Positions 36,546 through 48,965 of a stretch of 64,000 nucleotides of DNA are shown piece by piece. Below the pieces are notes generated by a model that did not search any database, was not told the origin of the DNA, and saw only the letters and a program-made list of their open reading frames with translations. The position numbers were made by a program, and so were the translations under genes. Origin of the DNA: Antechinus flavipes (lineage: Eukaryota); assembly GCF_016432865.1 (NCBI RefSeq), contig NC_067401.1, positions 37,696,001 to 37,760,000 on the forward strand, written 5' to 3'. Position 1 is the stretch's first letter. Every line of letters begins with the position of its first letter.

Positions 36546-39500
36546 CAGCAATTAGTTGTGAGCAAAATTTTCTCCTAAGAGCCTCTAAGAGTAAAAGGTG
36601 AATATGATAAAGTTCCTGTCCTCAACTTTAGTAATATTGATATTAACTTAAATTTATCTTACCCATTGAGGTTTGGTAAGCCCTTTACATTTACTATCTT
36701 ATTTGACCCTCAGTTCAGTTCTGGGAGGTAGGTGATATGATTTCCCCCATTGTACTGCTGAGGAAACTAAGTTTGAAAAAGTTTAGAATAGTTCTCTAAG
36801 GTCACACAGCTAAGAAACTGTTAGAGCAGTATTTCAATCCAGAATCTGTATCTTAATCAAGGTATGCCAAATTAACAAATGATTGTAGTTCAGCATAAAA
36901 AAAGGTAAATACTGTAAGAGATATACTGACTCCATATTGTAGATTGACAAAGGAGTGAGAGATTATTTCTATCTGGGATCACCAGGATTATCTACATGGA
37001 TGAGGCATTATCTGGTGGGAGCAATATGAGAAAGATTTTTTACTCTTAGAATAATGTATTTTCTATTTTTGTCCTCATCATTATCATCTTTATGCCCTAA
37101 ATCAATGTGATGTAAGCACTGTGATCATCTTTCCCCATTACAACATGTTGCCTCCTATTTCATAAATATTTCTTAATGCTTTTTAGGTTATTATACAACT
37201 GTGATCTTATCAAGACTTTGGAACATCATAGGATAAGGTAGGGCTTTCTCTTGTCACAGCATGAAATCATCCTCCAGGTCAATCATTTGTTAATTCTCTC
37301 TATCTCTCTAAGTTTTTTGTCTCTCTATCTATCTGTCTCTGAGACAAAGCCACATAAAGGGTCACATTTCCAGTAAAAAGTAAATAAGACAGATAATTTC
37401 TATTCTCTTTGCTCTACATGCTCTGAAAAATATCCCTCCACCTAAAAGAAGCCCAGGAGATGAGACACTGATTTACTCTTGGAATATACTAACATGTTCC
37501 ACTTGCACATTCTGTCTCAAAACTATTCATTGATATTTTTATCCATGTGGTATGTAGATGAGTGCCAAACAGCATTTTTGAATAAAAGAACTGATCTGGA
37601 AGCCCCATGGACACAGACTGAAGTGATAATATCCAGAGGATTGGTTTCAAAAATAGTTCAAATTTAGTTTCCTCAGCAGTACAATGGGGAAAATCATATC
37701 ATCTACCTCCCAGAACTGAACTGAGGGTCAAATAAGAGGAGGGGAGGGCATAGATTTAAAGGAAAATAGTCCAAACCATCTACATTTGCTACTTACACAC
37801 ACTAAACATAATAAAAGAGGGTTTTTTAAAATTACAAAATTGTCTCCATTCTCATATGAAGGAATTCATATGAATGACAGTCAGATTCTTTGAAAAAGGG
37901 ATTTTCTTGCTCACCAAAATCAGGACCTATTTTAAAGAGGTGTATGGTGTTTGTGTATGTGTATATGTGTATTTACACTTAATGTTTCATTATACTAACA
38001 CAAAAACCTGGGTTGGGGATCTGGATTAGTCCTGGCTCTGCTCTTTATTGTGAATAATCACAATAATTCCCTGTGAATAATTCCCTGTTTAAATCACTTT
38101 CATGCTCAGAATCTCAATATATTCTCTTGTAAACAATGAGAAGATTGTATAAGATGACTGAACTCCCTTCTGATTATAAATCAATCATCCTTTGGTTTTA
38201 TTATTTGAATTGAGTTACTCCTGAGGATATCTCTATATAAAGATCCTGTATTCCTGTTGGCTTCAGTAATGATGATGATACTGATGAAGTTGATGATGGT
38301 AAAGTTTATGATGATCAGATGAGATAAAGTATGTCATGGGTTTTGTAAAAAACTAGAGGTAACATCTATGATGAAGAAGGTGGCAATGGCAAAGATGGAA
38401 ACAGGAAAGGATCCAATCCTGTTTGTCACCCAGTCCCCACCCCATTTAGTCAACTACAATTTTAGAAACTCAATACTAAGTCCATGACTTGGAAAGGAAG
38501 GGAAGTTTTTAAAATCCCTTTACTTTTCCTACTCCATGAGAGATTACAGCTGGGAGGAGATTCAGCAGTTCCATTTGTAGTTAATTAGTGCACTATGTTG
38601 ATTTGGAGGAAAGAGAATAAGTCAGGTGTTTCTTCAGGTTCCTTGTGATGTCAGGAGTAAGAAAGAAGTTACATATTGAGGATATGAAAAAAAAAAGAGT
38701 TTTCATAGAGGCTAGGAGGCCCAAAATGGAAGGGCCTGAGGAGGAGATATTGGGCTCTGCCAATAGAAACACTTTTCAAAAATAGTAAAGTTTGAGAAAA
38801 TCACATGAGGAAGAAGTAGAAAGCTTTTGATTCTATTGTCTGGATAGCTATGAAGATTTGTTCACTTTAATTAACATTTTTGCCCCTCAACTGGCATCAG
38901 TGGGGTTGAACCCATTAAATGTAGTCTAGGAGGCATAGTGGATAGAGTGCTGAACTTGGACTCAGGAAAGCCATTGACTTTTTTCAGACTCAGTGTCCTC
39001 ATCTGTGAAATGGTTCTTACCTCACAGAGGATCATCTGAGATCATGGAGGTAGAGTGCTTTTAACCTTATCTCACAATAGAAATGTAGGAAGATGATGAT
39101 GTGAGATCAGGATGGGAAGAGTCATGCACCCTGGCTAGCTCTTCTTTTCTGTACAGGCTTCTGGGGTTGAGAAGGGCGCCTTCCCCTTACATTCCCCATT
39201 CAGAAGAGGGATAGTCTGGCCAACCAAACCAATTTTCCCCAGATTGTGGAGTTAAAGGAGATACAAGAGAGAAAATCCTATAGTCTTAATCCCAGAATTG
39301 CCTTCCAGCATACATGCTGAATGATTTGTGCTCCATTGTAGATAGGACTACATAGTTCTTACCTCTTCCCTTCTAATCGGGGAGCTTTCTGGTTTAGGAG
39401 TTGGAATTTTTAAATTCCTTTATTTTTTGTTTCCTGGTCTCACTCTCCTCTCCATCTATCAAACTTCCTCATCCCCCTTCTTTTGGCTTTTATTTATTTA

Positions 39501-42500
39501 TTCTTGCCTTGTTCATTTTCTCTAGAACCTGTCATTCCTCTACTGATGGACATGTTCTTCTGTTTGTGGCACCATTTCCCTGAGAAAACTGTATTTGGTT
39601 CTTGTTTTTAATAGATTCAATTCCAATTTTTAAATTAAACAAAAACATATCAAACTATTATCTTTCCCATTCATATCTCTTACATTAAAGAAAAAAAGAA
39701 AGAAAAAGAACGTTGATTATTATTTATCCATTATAAAATCCAAATTAAATACTAAAAAAAAATCCAAACAAACCAAAAAGTTAAGGAGTTAATGTGTAAT
39801 TCTAGTAAAGCAATCTTAGTGGTGTCTTGTGGAGAGAATGGACTTTGCCCAAGACTGTAGGAGTAGGTGACCTCTCTGATAATTTCCAACACCATCACTA
39901 TGAAATCAGCCCTTTGTAGTATTGATGCTGTGAACATGGAACAAAGGACTAGGAAGCTGCCTCAATGGCCAGGATTTGAGGGATATAACTAAAATACCTC
40001 CATTTTTCATTGAAATATTTCCTTCATTTTGTACTGGCTTTACAGCATCATGGGATAACAAAATGTTAGAGTTTAAAGGAGTCACAGTGACCATCCTGGC
40101 AATTCATAGACAAAAAGAATCCCTATTCTAGCATATTGACATGTATTCTGGGGTTGAGTCTCTGCTTACCATTCCTCCTTTTAGAATGGAATGAATATTT
40201 TTTGATGAACGCTTAATTTTGGGCTGCTGCATTTGTGCTGATTTTGGATTCCAGATATGTGGATTAAATATAGATCCTGACACAGTTTCTGTTATCTACC
40301 TGGATAAGTCATCTTATCTCTCCGGATTTCAATTTCCCAATCTTTCAAATGGGAATGTAAATATTTGTTCTACATATCTTATAAATTTTAGCAAGGAAAT
40401 GAGTTTTAAAAAGCTAAGCCTTCATGGAAATTTGAGTGATGGTAGGTTGGTTGTCCTTCCAGGAGGCAACTAAGTGGCAGTGAATACTCTGGATTTGGAT
40501 TTATAACATTTGAGTTCAATACTGCCTCAGATACTTACTAGTTATTTCACCATGGAAAGTGACTTGGGTTCTCTCATTCTCAGCTTCCTCTTCTATAAAT
40601 TGAATTTATAACAGCATCTAGCCTAAAGGGTTAGTGTGAGGATAAAATGAGATCAAGTATATAAAATAATTTGCAAATCTTAAAGACCGTTTAAATGTTA
40701 CCTACTACTACTATTATTATAGACCTTTCACACAATTCCTGGTAGAGAGTAGATGTTTAATAAATGCTTATTGATTGATTGTTAATAATAAGTTAAAATG
40801 CATGAGGAAAATCAAAACATCAATCATTATGAATTATTAGTTCAATTTATAAAAATCAAATATATGATCATTACATTATAATTATGACAATGGACTGGGA
40901 TTAGCCATTGAAAATCCAATACTTATAAACATGCACAGAAGGTTTCATTATTTATTTATTAACCACCTATTATATATGGGCATTGTGCTAATCATTTTAC
41001 TAATATAATGTCATTGAATCCTTACAACTCTGAAAGTTGTGCCATCATTATCCTCATTTTAATCATCGAAGAAACACAAGCAGATAGATATATATTAAAT
41101 GATTTGCCCAGGTCACAGATCATCTTTTCAGATGGCTTCACCACTTAGGGAAAGGAGTTGTTTGAGTATTTATTATACTACGTCCTGACAATGCTTACAA
41201 AGGAGATACTCAGATGACTCATCCTTCTTTCCTGTCAACTCCATATTTAAATGTGAGGGGAAGGAATTTTGCAAGTCTGTGAGTGGGGAAAGAATCTTCT
41301 TTATCTGGGACACCAATGTGTGACTTTTAAACATGGGTATCTATGCTTTTTTAAAAATGATGTTATATTTATAAAAAGGAGAATGGTGGGAAGCATAAAT
41401 GGTATGGGTATCTATTCTTACCTTTTTCTTTACATTTGTTTTTTAGCCCAGATCCAAGATGAAGGAATATCATATTAGGTTGTGACTTCATGAGATTTAA
41501 AAGATCAGGCGAGCAAGCCACCAAAGTTCTAGGAGACATAACAAATGACAGATTTTGTAGGCAGTCATGCCCAGTGAAAAGCAAAATTCTGCTTAACTCA
41601 GCTTGTCAAGGTATTCAAGAAAGCCATAAAGAAGGGACAGCAATTCATTCCTCAATTGTGATATACCAAGAAATGAATCTGGTGAAGGTCACTACTTTAT
41701 CAGCAACTACTTTATGGATGAGTCCTTTCTATTCAGGGTCCCAAGTGTTACAGGGATGAGTATGACCCCAGATGTCAGAACTTGAGAATGTTTATACTTC
41801 CATCCTTGTTGGTTCTTATTTACTTATTTCAGTCTTGTATGACTCTTCTGGACCCCAGGTTTAGGGATTTCTTGCCAAACATACTGTTTGCTATTTCCTT
41901 CTAAAACTCATTTTGCAGATGAGGAAATTGAAGCAAACAGTGTTATTGACTTTTCCAAGGTCACACAGCCAGAAATGTCTGAGACCAGATGTACACTTGT
42001 GATGATGAGTCTTCTTGATTCTGGTCTGGATACTCTATATACTGAGTAACCTAGTTGGTCCTAGGCATTTTCTCATTGAATCCTTTAGTAAAAGTATTAA
42101 TTTATTAAATAGTGCTATGGTAGCAATCATTAAAAAGTATCAATGAAAAATGGGAGATATAGTTACCAGAAATTAATATTAAAAAGAACACACTGAAATG
42201 AGGACTCAAATGGCCAGCATTAGAAAAAGATACCCAGAATTCCTTAGAGATCCCCCTAGACCACAATAAGGGAAATGTAACCTTGCTCTGTAGGACTTAT
42301 CAAGGTGAAAATTGGGATGAGGATCCCTAAACTCTTCATGGGTTACCTAATAATAAATAATTGATTTAGACTTTGATCTATTTTGTTTGACATTTTATGA
42401 TATCCAAATGAATTCATTCCCTATACCTTAACTAATGAGCTGTCTTTTAAAACAAAGAATAAAAAAAGATAAATTAGAAGTTTCACAAATTCAGCCAACA

Positions 42501-43476
42501 GGCCACCCGAGTCAGACCATATGTGCCCCATTCCACAGCCTTTCATATCAGCAAAGAAGAGAAGAAGGTTCATTTTCTCATTTCTTTGTTGCCAAACACA
42601 GTTATTAATGCATTAACCTTCAGCACAGTTTCTGTAACTGAAATATAACTTTGAGCTTGGAGCCCTGGGATTAGGAAAATTGAGGGAGAAGAAGAAGGCC
42701 AGCAGAGGTCCAGAAAACACATGATAATACCCCTAAATGTAGAAGGGTGGTGGAGTCAGAACACAGGACCTGGATTTGATTCTGGCTCTGGAATTGGGGG
42801 AACCCATTCATTAAGTGGAAGAGGGGTCCTAGAAGGACTAGGACAGACTTTGGAAACATTATAACTTTTCTGAGATGTTGAGACTGTACCTAATGAAAAA
42901 GGGACAATTTAGTGTCAGAGAGCTTTTCTGAAAACTGAGAATGGGAGATAGTATTAGATATGCCGGTGCTCTTTAACAAATAACCAGCCAGGAAAAATAT
43001 AGAGAGGCAAAAGAAAATAAGGGATAGATCGTGGATATTTTAGACATTCTAACCATGAATGATCTAACATTAAGAGCTAGCTCTTTTGAATCCTTCTCCC
43101 AGACTGAGACTTTCGGCTTCAAGTAGAAGGTGCTTTCCCCACCTGATTCCCTCCTTTTCTCTGAGGCTTGAATCTTGACCTTTCCCCAAGAACTCAAAGC
43201 CAGAAGCACTTGTGTCTTAGAATGTTTGTTCTTTCAGGGAAGGCTGGTTGTCATAATTAAATAATTTTTATATTGATACTTTTTAGTTCTCTTGTGTCTG
43301 ACTGAAGTAAACCTTACCCAGCCACCCAGTGCTACCACCAACAATCACTGCTTGGGCACTCCCTGAAAACATTAATCAAAGAAGTCTGTGGCCTCATTAA
43401 CAAGAAGGCACTCTTGAAAGAAGTTATAATGGAAAATAATAGAGAATAAGAGGCACCTTTGTCCATAAAAATAAAC

Positions 43477-43482
43477 TTTATT
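43477..43482 (-). terminator. Polyadenylation signal of gene 6
   Basis: AATAAA on - (gcaacAATAAA). Confidence 0.8.
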
Positions 43483-43697
43483 GTTGCTTAGGATAAATGA
43501 GGAAAAAAAGAATGGTCTGCATTGGAATGGAGGTGGAAGTGGGGAGTTGAGATAAAGTGAAGTGATAGATTTTAAGTGTCTCCATCACCTAAGAATATCT
43601 GAACAGTTCAAAACCATGGATAGAAGGCTAAGGGAGGAGAAACGGGAATGGAAGCAATTAGTTGAGTCTTCAGTTCTTCTTGGGTCAGGGTACCAGA

Positions 43698-44096
43698 TTA
43701 ACAGCAGCCTCCAGAGCTCCCACAGCAACCTCCAGAGCTTCCACAGCAGCCTCCAGACTGCTGGCTGCGCCCACTGCCACTGTCACAGCAGTCAGACCTC
43801 TGGTGTCTACGTCTGTGGGATCTCCTGTGATGGGAAAAGAGGCAGCAGCCACCCCCAGAGCCAGAGCTGCAGCATCCCCCAGAGCTGGACCCACAGCATC
43901 CCCCAGAGCTGCAGCATCCTCCAGAGCTAGAGCCACAGCAGGAAGACACTGGAGGAGGGCATGGAGCCTGGGGAGGGCACTTGGGAGGACACTTGGGTGG
44001 ACACTTGGGTGGGCACTTTGGTGTCTGACACTTGGGAGGACACTTAGAGGGACACTTAGGGGCCTGGCACTGCTGCTGGCTTTGCTGGCAGGACAT
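43698..44096 (-). CDS. LCE: Late cornified envelope protein, gene 6 (132 aa, type B)
   Basis: Intact LCE ORF; acceptor AG at 44119-44118. Confidence 0.95.
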   Translation of the reverse strand: MSCQQSQQQCQAPKCPSKCPPKCQTPKCPPKCPPKCPPKCPPQAPCPPPVSSCCGSSSGGCCSSGGCCGSSSGGCCSSGSGGGCCLFSHHRRSHRRRHQRSDCCDSGSGRSQQSGGCCGSSGGCCGSSGGCC

Positions 44097-44827
44097 CTTG
44101 GTGGGAGTTCAGTAAACCTGAAAGACAATAAAATGTTTTTCTTCACTGGAATTAATCACCCATTTGATGGAGAATCTCATATAGAAGACATCCCCCCCAA
44201 AAAAAGCTTAAAAATCATTTCTGTATTAAAATGCATTTAGTTTAGAATTTGAGCTGAAAGAATTTCAATTTCCATTAGTTCAAGAGATTATCAAGTTTTT
44301 TTCTTTGTCTCTCCCTGTTTCTGTCTGTCTCTTTTTCCTTCTCTTTCCCTCTCTCTTTGTAATTATGCAGATACATATACTAATATACTTTCTGGGAATT
44401 GTAAAACTAGGAAAATTATAAAGAATCTTAAAAGTTAAATAGTATTGTTAATGTCTCATGAAAGGGAGAGAATGAATTCCCTCAACATCTTGATGAAACC
44501 TTTTGAATTCCAGTTCATTCAAGTTTCCAGAAACTCAGACTATTGCTCCTCCTTCCCACCACTCTCACACAGATTCTAGTCTGGTCATTTGCTAAGGGCA
44601 TCCAAACTGGTTCTCTAGATAAAATCTAAAGTACAAGCATCTCTTCTTCATCAGCTCTTATATTTCTCATTCACTTTAACTCTTCCCTCCTATTCAGCCC
44701 TTTTATCCATCTTCCTTCATCCCAAATATTGCGTCTCCTCTAATTCCTCTCTCCCTTTGCTCTTTTTCTTCCTTCTCCCTGAGCACCCTGCTCCAATCCT
44801 CTCTGTGGATCCTATGCAGACACTCAC

Positions 44828-44907
44828 CTTGATCCCAGACACAAACAGGAACTCTCTGCTGAAGAACCAGAGTGGATGAGGATCTAGAGGCAGGGACACC
44901 TTTTATA
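44828..44907 (-). promoter_or_regulatory. Gene 6 TATA box (44901-44907) and non-coding exon 1 (~44877 to 44828); intron 44118-44827
   Basis: TATAAAA on -, donor gatcaag|gtgagtg. Confidence 0.85.
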
Positions 44908-45653
44908 GGACAGCCTAGGATGATCTGTGGGCAAGAGTCTCAGCTCTCTAGAAGGAAGTGTGTCTTTCCCAATTCTTGGAATGTGTCAGATAATTCCTGA
45001 CATTCTCTACACTTACATACACTGATATGTGCTAGTACATCGATTACTGAGTTGTTGAGGAATATTGAAAGACAGCTCATTTAGTTGACTCATTTCATGG
45101 ATGAATACACAGAGCTTTTCAAGAATAAATGCTTTGTATGAAGTCACAGAAGTGGTAAGTGGATTAATCAGGGCTTATATCATGGTCCCCCAAATGAAGT
45201 CCACGTTATTAACAGTCCATGCCAGGTCATATCCGCATCAATTGCTGGAGCAAGAGGGGATCCAGATGGTGCTTTCAGTTAGGCTTATTCATTGTAAAGA
45301 TTCAGAATCTTCAGCCCAAGTAGCACTTTAGCAAAACACTATGAACTCTAGTGATTGGGTAAAAACTCTGAGAGCTGAATTTTGCTCAATTTCTAGTGAT
45401 TTGTTGTCATGTATGAGATGCAGCATAGGATAATAGAAAGAGCTCTTCAACTGGAATTATAGGACCTAAATTCAAATCCTAATGCTGCCTCTTATTACTT
45501 ACGTAAGGTAGGGCAAGTAATTTTATCTGCCAGGCTTTGGATTCCTCAACTCTAAAAAGAAGAGATTGAAATATATGGGTCTTTTGTCTTTACAGCTATA
45601 ATCCAATAGTTGTCTCCTGGGACCATTTCATTTTGTCCTTAACTTCACCAGGA

Positions 45654-45788
45654 CACCAAGATGTCCTGCCAGCAAAGCCAGCAGCAATGCCAGGCCCCTA
45701 AGTGTCCTCCCAAGTGTCAGACACCCAATTGCCCACCCAAATGTCCTCCTAAGTGCCCTCTCCAGGCTCCATGCCCTCCTCCATGTCT
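45654..45788 (+). pseudogene. LCE: Truncated LCE fragment (caccaag plus the first ~42 codons) inserted in inverted orientation; reads on into host DNA as a 78-codon ORF (45661-45897)
   Basis: [41 protein letters not shown], then LCE homology stops. The flanks match the uninterrupted upstream sequence of the other units (e.g. 63831-63880). Confidence 0.9.
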
Positions 45789-47309
45789 AGGGGGTATCCA
45801 TTTTTTAACTCCACTCCTATATATAAGCACACCTCAAGAGAAACCTACAGACCTGATCCCATATCCTCTCCCAAATGTAAAACACATACCTCTCTAAATT
45901 CCCCCAATCTCCTTTTCAGAGGACAAGCCAAAGTTTGAGGGTAAGTGGCCACACACCAATTCATCCATCCATCTGTCCATCCATCCATCCATCTATCTAA
46001 TCATCCACTCATTTTTTCCAGTTATTCATCCTTTATTCATCCATTCAGCAATTAGCTGAGAGAAAACTTCTATTATAAGAGCTTCAGAAGAGAAGATGGA
46101 TATATCTCCTGTCATCAATAATAGAATTATGAATATTAGCTTAAATTTTCTTGTCTATTAAGTTTTGGTAAATTCTTTATATTCATTATCTCATTTGATC
46201 CTCAGTACAATGCCAGATGATGGGTGCTATGGTTTTCTCCATTGTAAAGCTGAAGAAACTAAATCTGAGGGAAATTAAAAGAATTCTTCGCAGTCACACA
46301 GCTCTGGGACAGTATTTCAACTCAGAATCTGTATTCTAATCAAAGGATACTAAATTAGCAATCATTAAAATTCATTATAAGAAAAGGCAAATACCATAAG
46401 AAATATACTGACTCCATGCTATAAATTGTCAGAGAAATGAGAGATTATTTCTATTTGGGATCACCAGGATTATCTGTATGGATGAGGCACTATTTGTACA
46501 TTATTCTCAGAATAATGTATTATCTGTCTTTATCCCCATCAGTTTTACCTTTACATCCCTCTCTACATCACTGTTTCCTAAGGACTGTGATCATTTTTTT
46601 TCCATCATAACATGTTGCCACCAATCTATAAACAAATATTTCTTAATGCCTCTTAGGTTATTACATACCTGTGACACTGCCAAGACTTTGAAATATCTTA
46701 GGATAGAAAGAACTCCCTCATATTCCAGCATGATGTCATTTGTTCACTTTCTATTTTTGTCTTTGTCTCACATTTTTGTGTGTATGTCTTTGAGACACAA
46801 TTGCCTAAAAACTCATGTTCCCAGTCAAAAGTGAATAAGACAGACAACTCCATTCTCCTTCATCTACAGGTCCTGGAGAATATCCCTCCTCCTGAATGAA
46901 AGTGGAAAAAGAATTACAGAACATGAGGCACTATTTCACTGTTGGGACATATCACCATGTCCCACTTTCAAGTTGTATTCCAAACTCTTCATTGTTGATT
47001 GTATCATGTTGTGTATAGCTGGTCCCCAAATAGGATTTTTGAATCAAACAACTAATCTGACAACACCAAGGACAGAGTTATAGCTGATAATATCCAGATG
47101 ATAGCCACGTGACAGTGATTGGTCAGAGTAGAATTAGAGGGTATGGATTTTGAGGAAACCTAGTCCACAAAAAAAAAAAAATTGCCACATATATACTATG
47201 AAGTTAATGAAAGAAGATTTTCTTTTTAATTGCAAAAGGGTATATAAGGGAATCTATAGTCTGGCTCTTTATAAAGGATTTCCTTTGCTCATCAAACCTA
47301 CAATCAATG

Positions 47310-47955
47310 NNNNNNNNNNNNNNNNNNNNNNNNNNNNNNNNNNNNNNNNNNNNNNNNNNNNNNNNNNNNNNNNNNNNNNNNNNNNNNNNNNNNNNNNNNN
47401 NNNNNNNNNNNNNNNNNNNNNNNNNNNNNNNNNNNNNNNNNNNNNNNNNNNNNNNNNNNNNNNNNNNNNNNNNNNNNNNNNNNNNNNNNNNNNNNNNNNN
47501 NNNNNNNNNNNNNNNNNNNNNNNNNNNNNNNNNNNNNNNNNNNNNNNNNNNNNNNNNNNNNNNNNNNNNNNNNNNNNNNNNNNNNNNNNNNNNNNNNNNN
47601 NNNNNNNNNNNNNNNNNNNNNNNNNNNNNNNNNNNNNNNNNNNNNNNNNNNNNNNNNNNNNNNNNNNNNNNNNNNNNNNNNNNNNNNNNNNNNNNNNNNN
47701 NNNNNNNNNNNNNNNNNNNNNNNNNNNNNNNNNNNNNNNNNNNNNNNNNNNNNNNNNNNNNNNNNNNNNNNNNNNNNNNNNNNNNNNNNNNNNNNNNNNN
47801 NNNNNNNNNNNNNNNNNNNNNNNNNNNNNNNNNNNNNNNNNNNNNNNNNNNNNNNNNNNNNNNNNNNNNNNNNNNNNNNNNNNNNNNNNNNNNNNNNNNN
47901 NNNNNNNNNNNNNNNNNNNNNNNNNNNNNNNNNNNNNNNNNNNNNNNNNNNNNNN
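47310..47955. other. Assembly gap (646 N)
   Basis: Run of N. Confidence 1.
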
Positions 47956-48356
47956 ATTAAATGTTGCATGATACCATGGCAAAAACCCTGGAGATAACAT
48001 ATCAGGAGATGGGGGTAAGAATCCGGATTCTGTTATTTATTCCCTGGGAGACCTGATTTGGATCATTCAAATTCTCAGAGTCTCAATGAATTCACAAAAT
48101 GAGAGCCTGGATTTTGTGATCTCTGTGCTCCTTACTGGCTCTATATTCATCATCCTTTGATCTGATTATTTGAAGTGAGTTATCCCTAGGGATATCTCTG
48201 TAGAGAGCTCCCTGCATTCCTGCTGACTTCAGAAGATCTTGATAGTGCTGATGATGGTAAGGGTGATGAATATAGGACAAAATAAAGAAGATAACTGGGT
48301 CTGGTCAACTTGAAAGCAGTATTTGAATACCAGGTTATTCTAGGTGCCTTTTTATG

Positions 48357-48428
48357 ATGATATATATATATATATATATGAATATGATATATATTACATA
48401 TGCTCATATATATTCATATATAATATAT
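48357..48428. repeat. (AT)n-rich microsatellite
   Basis: Seen directly. Confidence 0.9.
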
Positions 48429-48457
48429 GCTCAATAAATGTTTATTTGTTGATTATT

Positions 48458-48965
48458 TGTAATATTCTTCTTTAAAATGTAATCTCCTCTGGAAGCAGGT
48501 TTCTTGGGGGACTTCTGGGAGCAGCCTTCATTTCAATTCAGTGTAATCACCCCAAATGCAGGAGTTAAAGTCCTAATCTTTTATTTTCTCTTTCTAGTAT
48601 TGTGTCCTTCCTTGGGCCTAGTTAGCTTTCTTAGAGGCCTATCTCTCTCCTTGGTTCCGAGAACTCTTGCTGCTAGTCCTTTGCCTCTGCCATCTTCAGC
48701 CTCTAGCTCCCTCCGAATGTCTGCAGCCAGCACAAAGGTGGAAATGGAATGAATCTGTCTCCTCCTCTGAGAGTGGGCTTGTCCTTTCTGACTTCTGAAT
48801 GTCCTGGACTGAATCCCAGTTGAGGCTTCTAGCTTATATATGCTCTCTTAAAGGTGTGAATCTTGTAGAACTCTAATAAGTACTGAGTACATTAGTGAAC
48901 TAGAGAACTGTTAAGTACCATGCTAAATTAGATAAGTGACTTAGCACCTTGTAGGAATCCTAACA
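48458..48965 (-). mobile_element. Solo LTR (508 bp, TG...CA, 6 bp TSD ATTATT)
   Basis: ATTATT at 48452-48457 and 48966-48971; TG/CA termini. On -, a TATA-like atatataag at ~48833-48841 precedes AATAAA at 48580-48585. The paralogous site near 40770 is empty. Confidence 0.85.

Noticed and set aside
47150-48000. ORFs with long X runs (also 27883-28344)
   Set aside because: Artefacts of N gaps.
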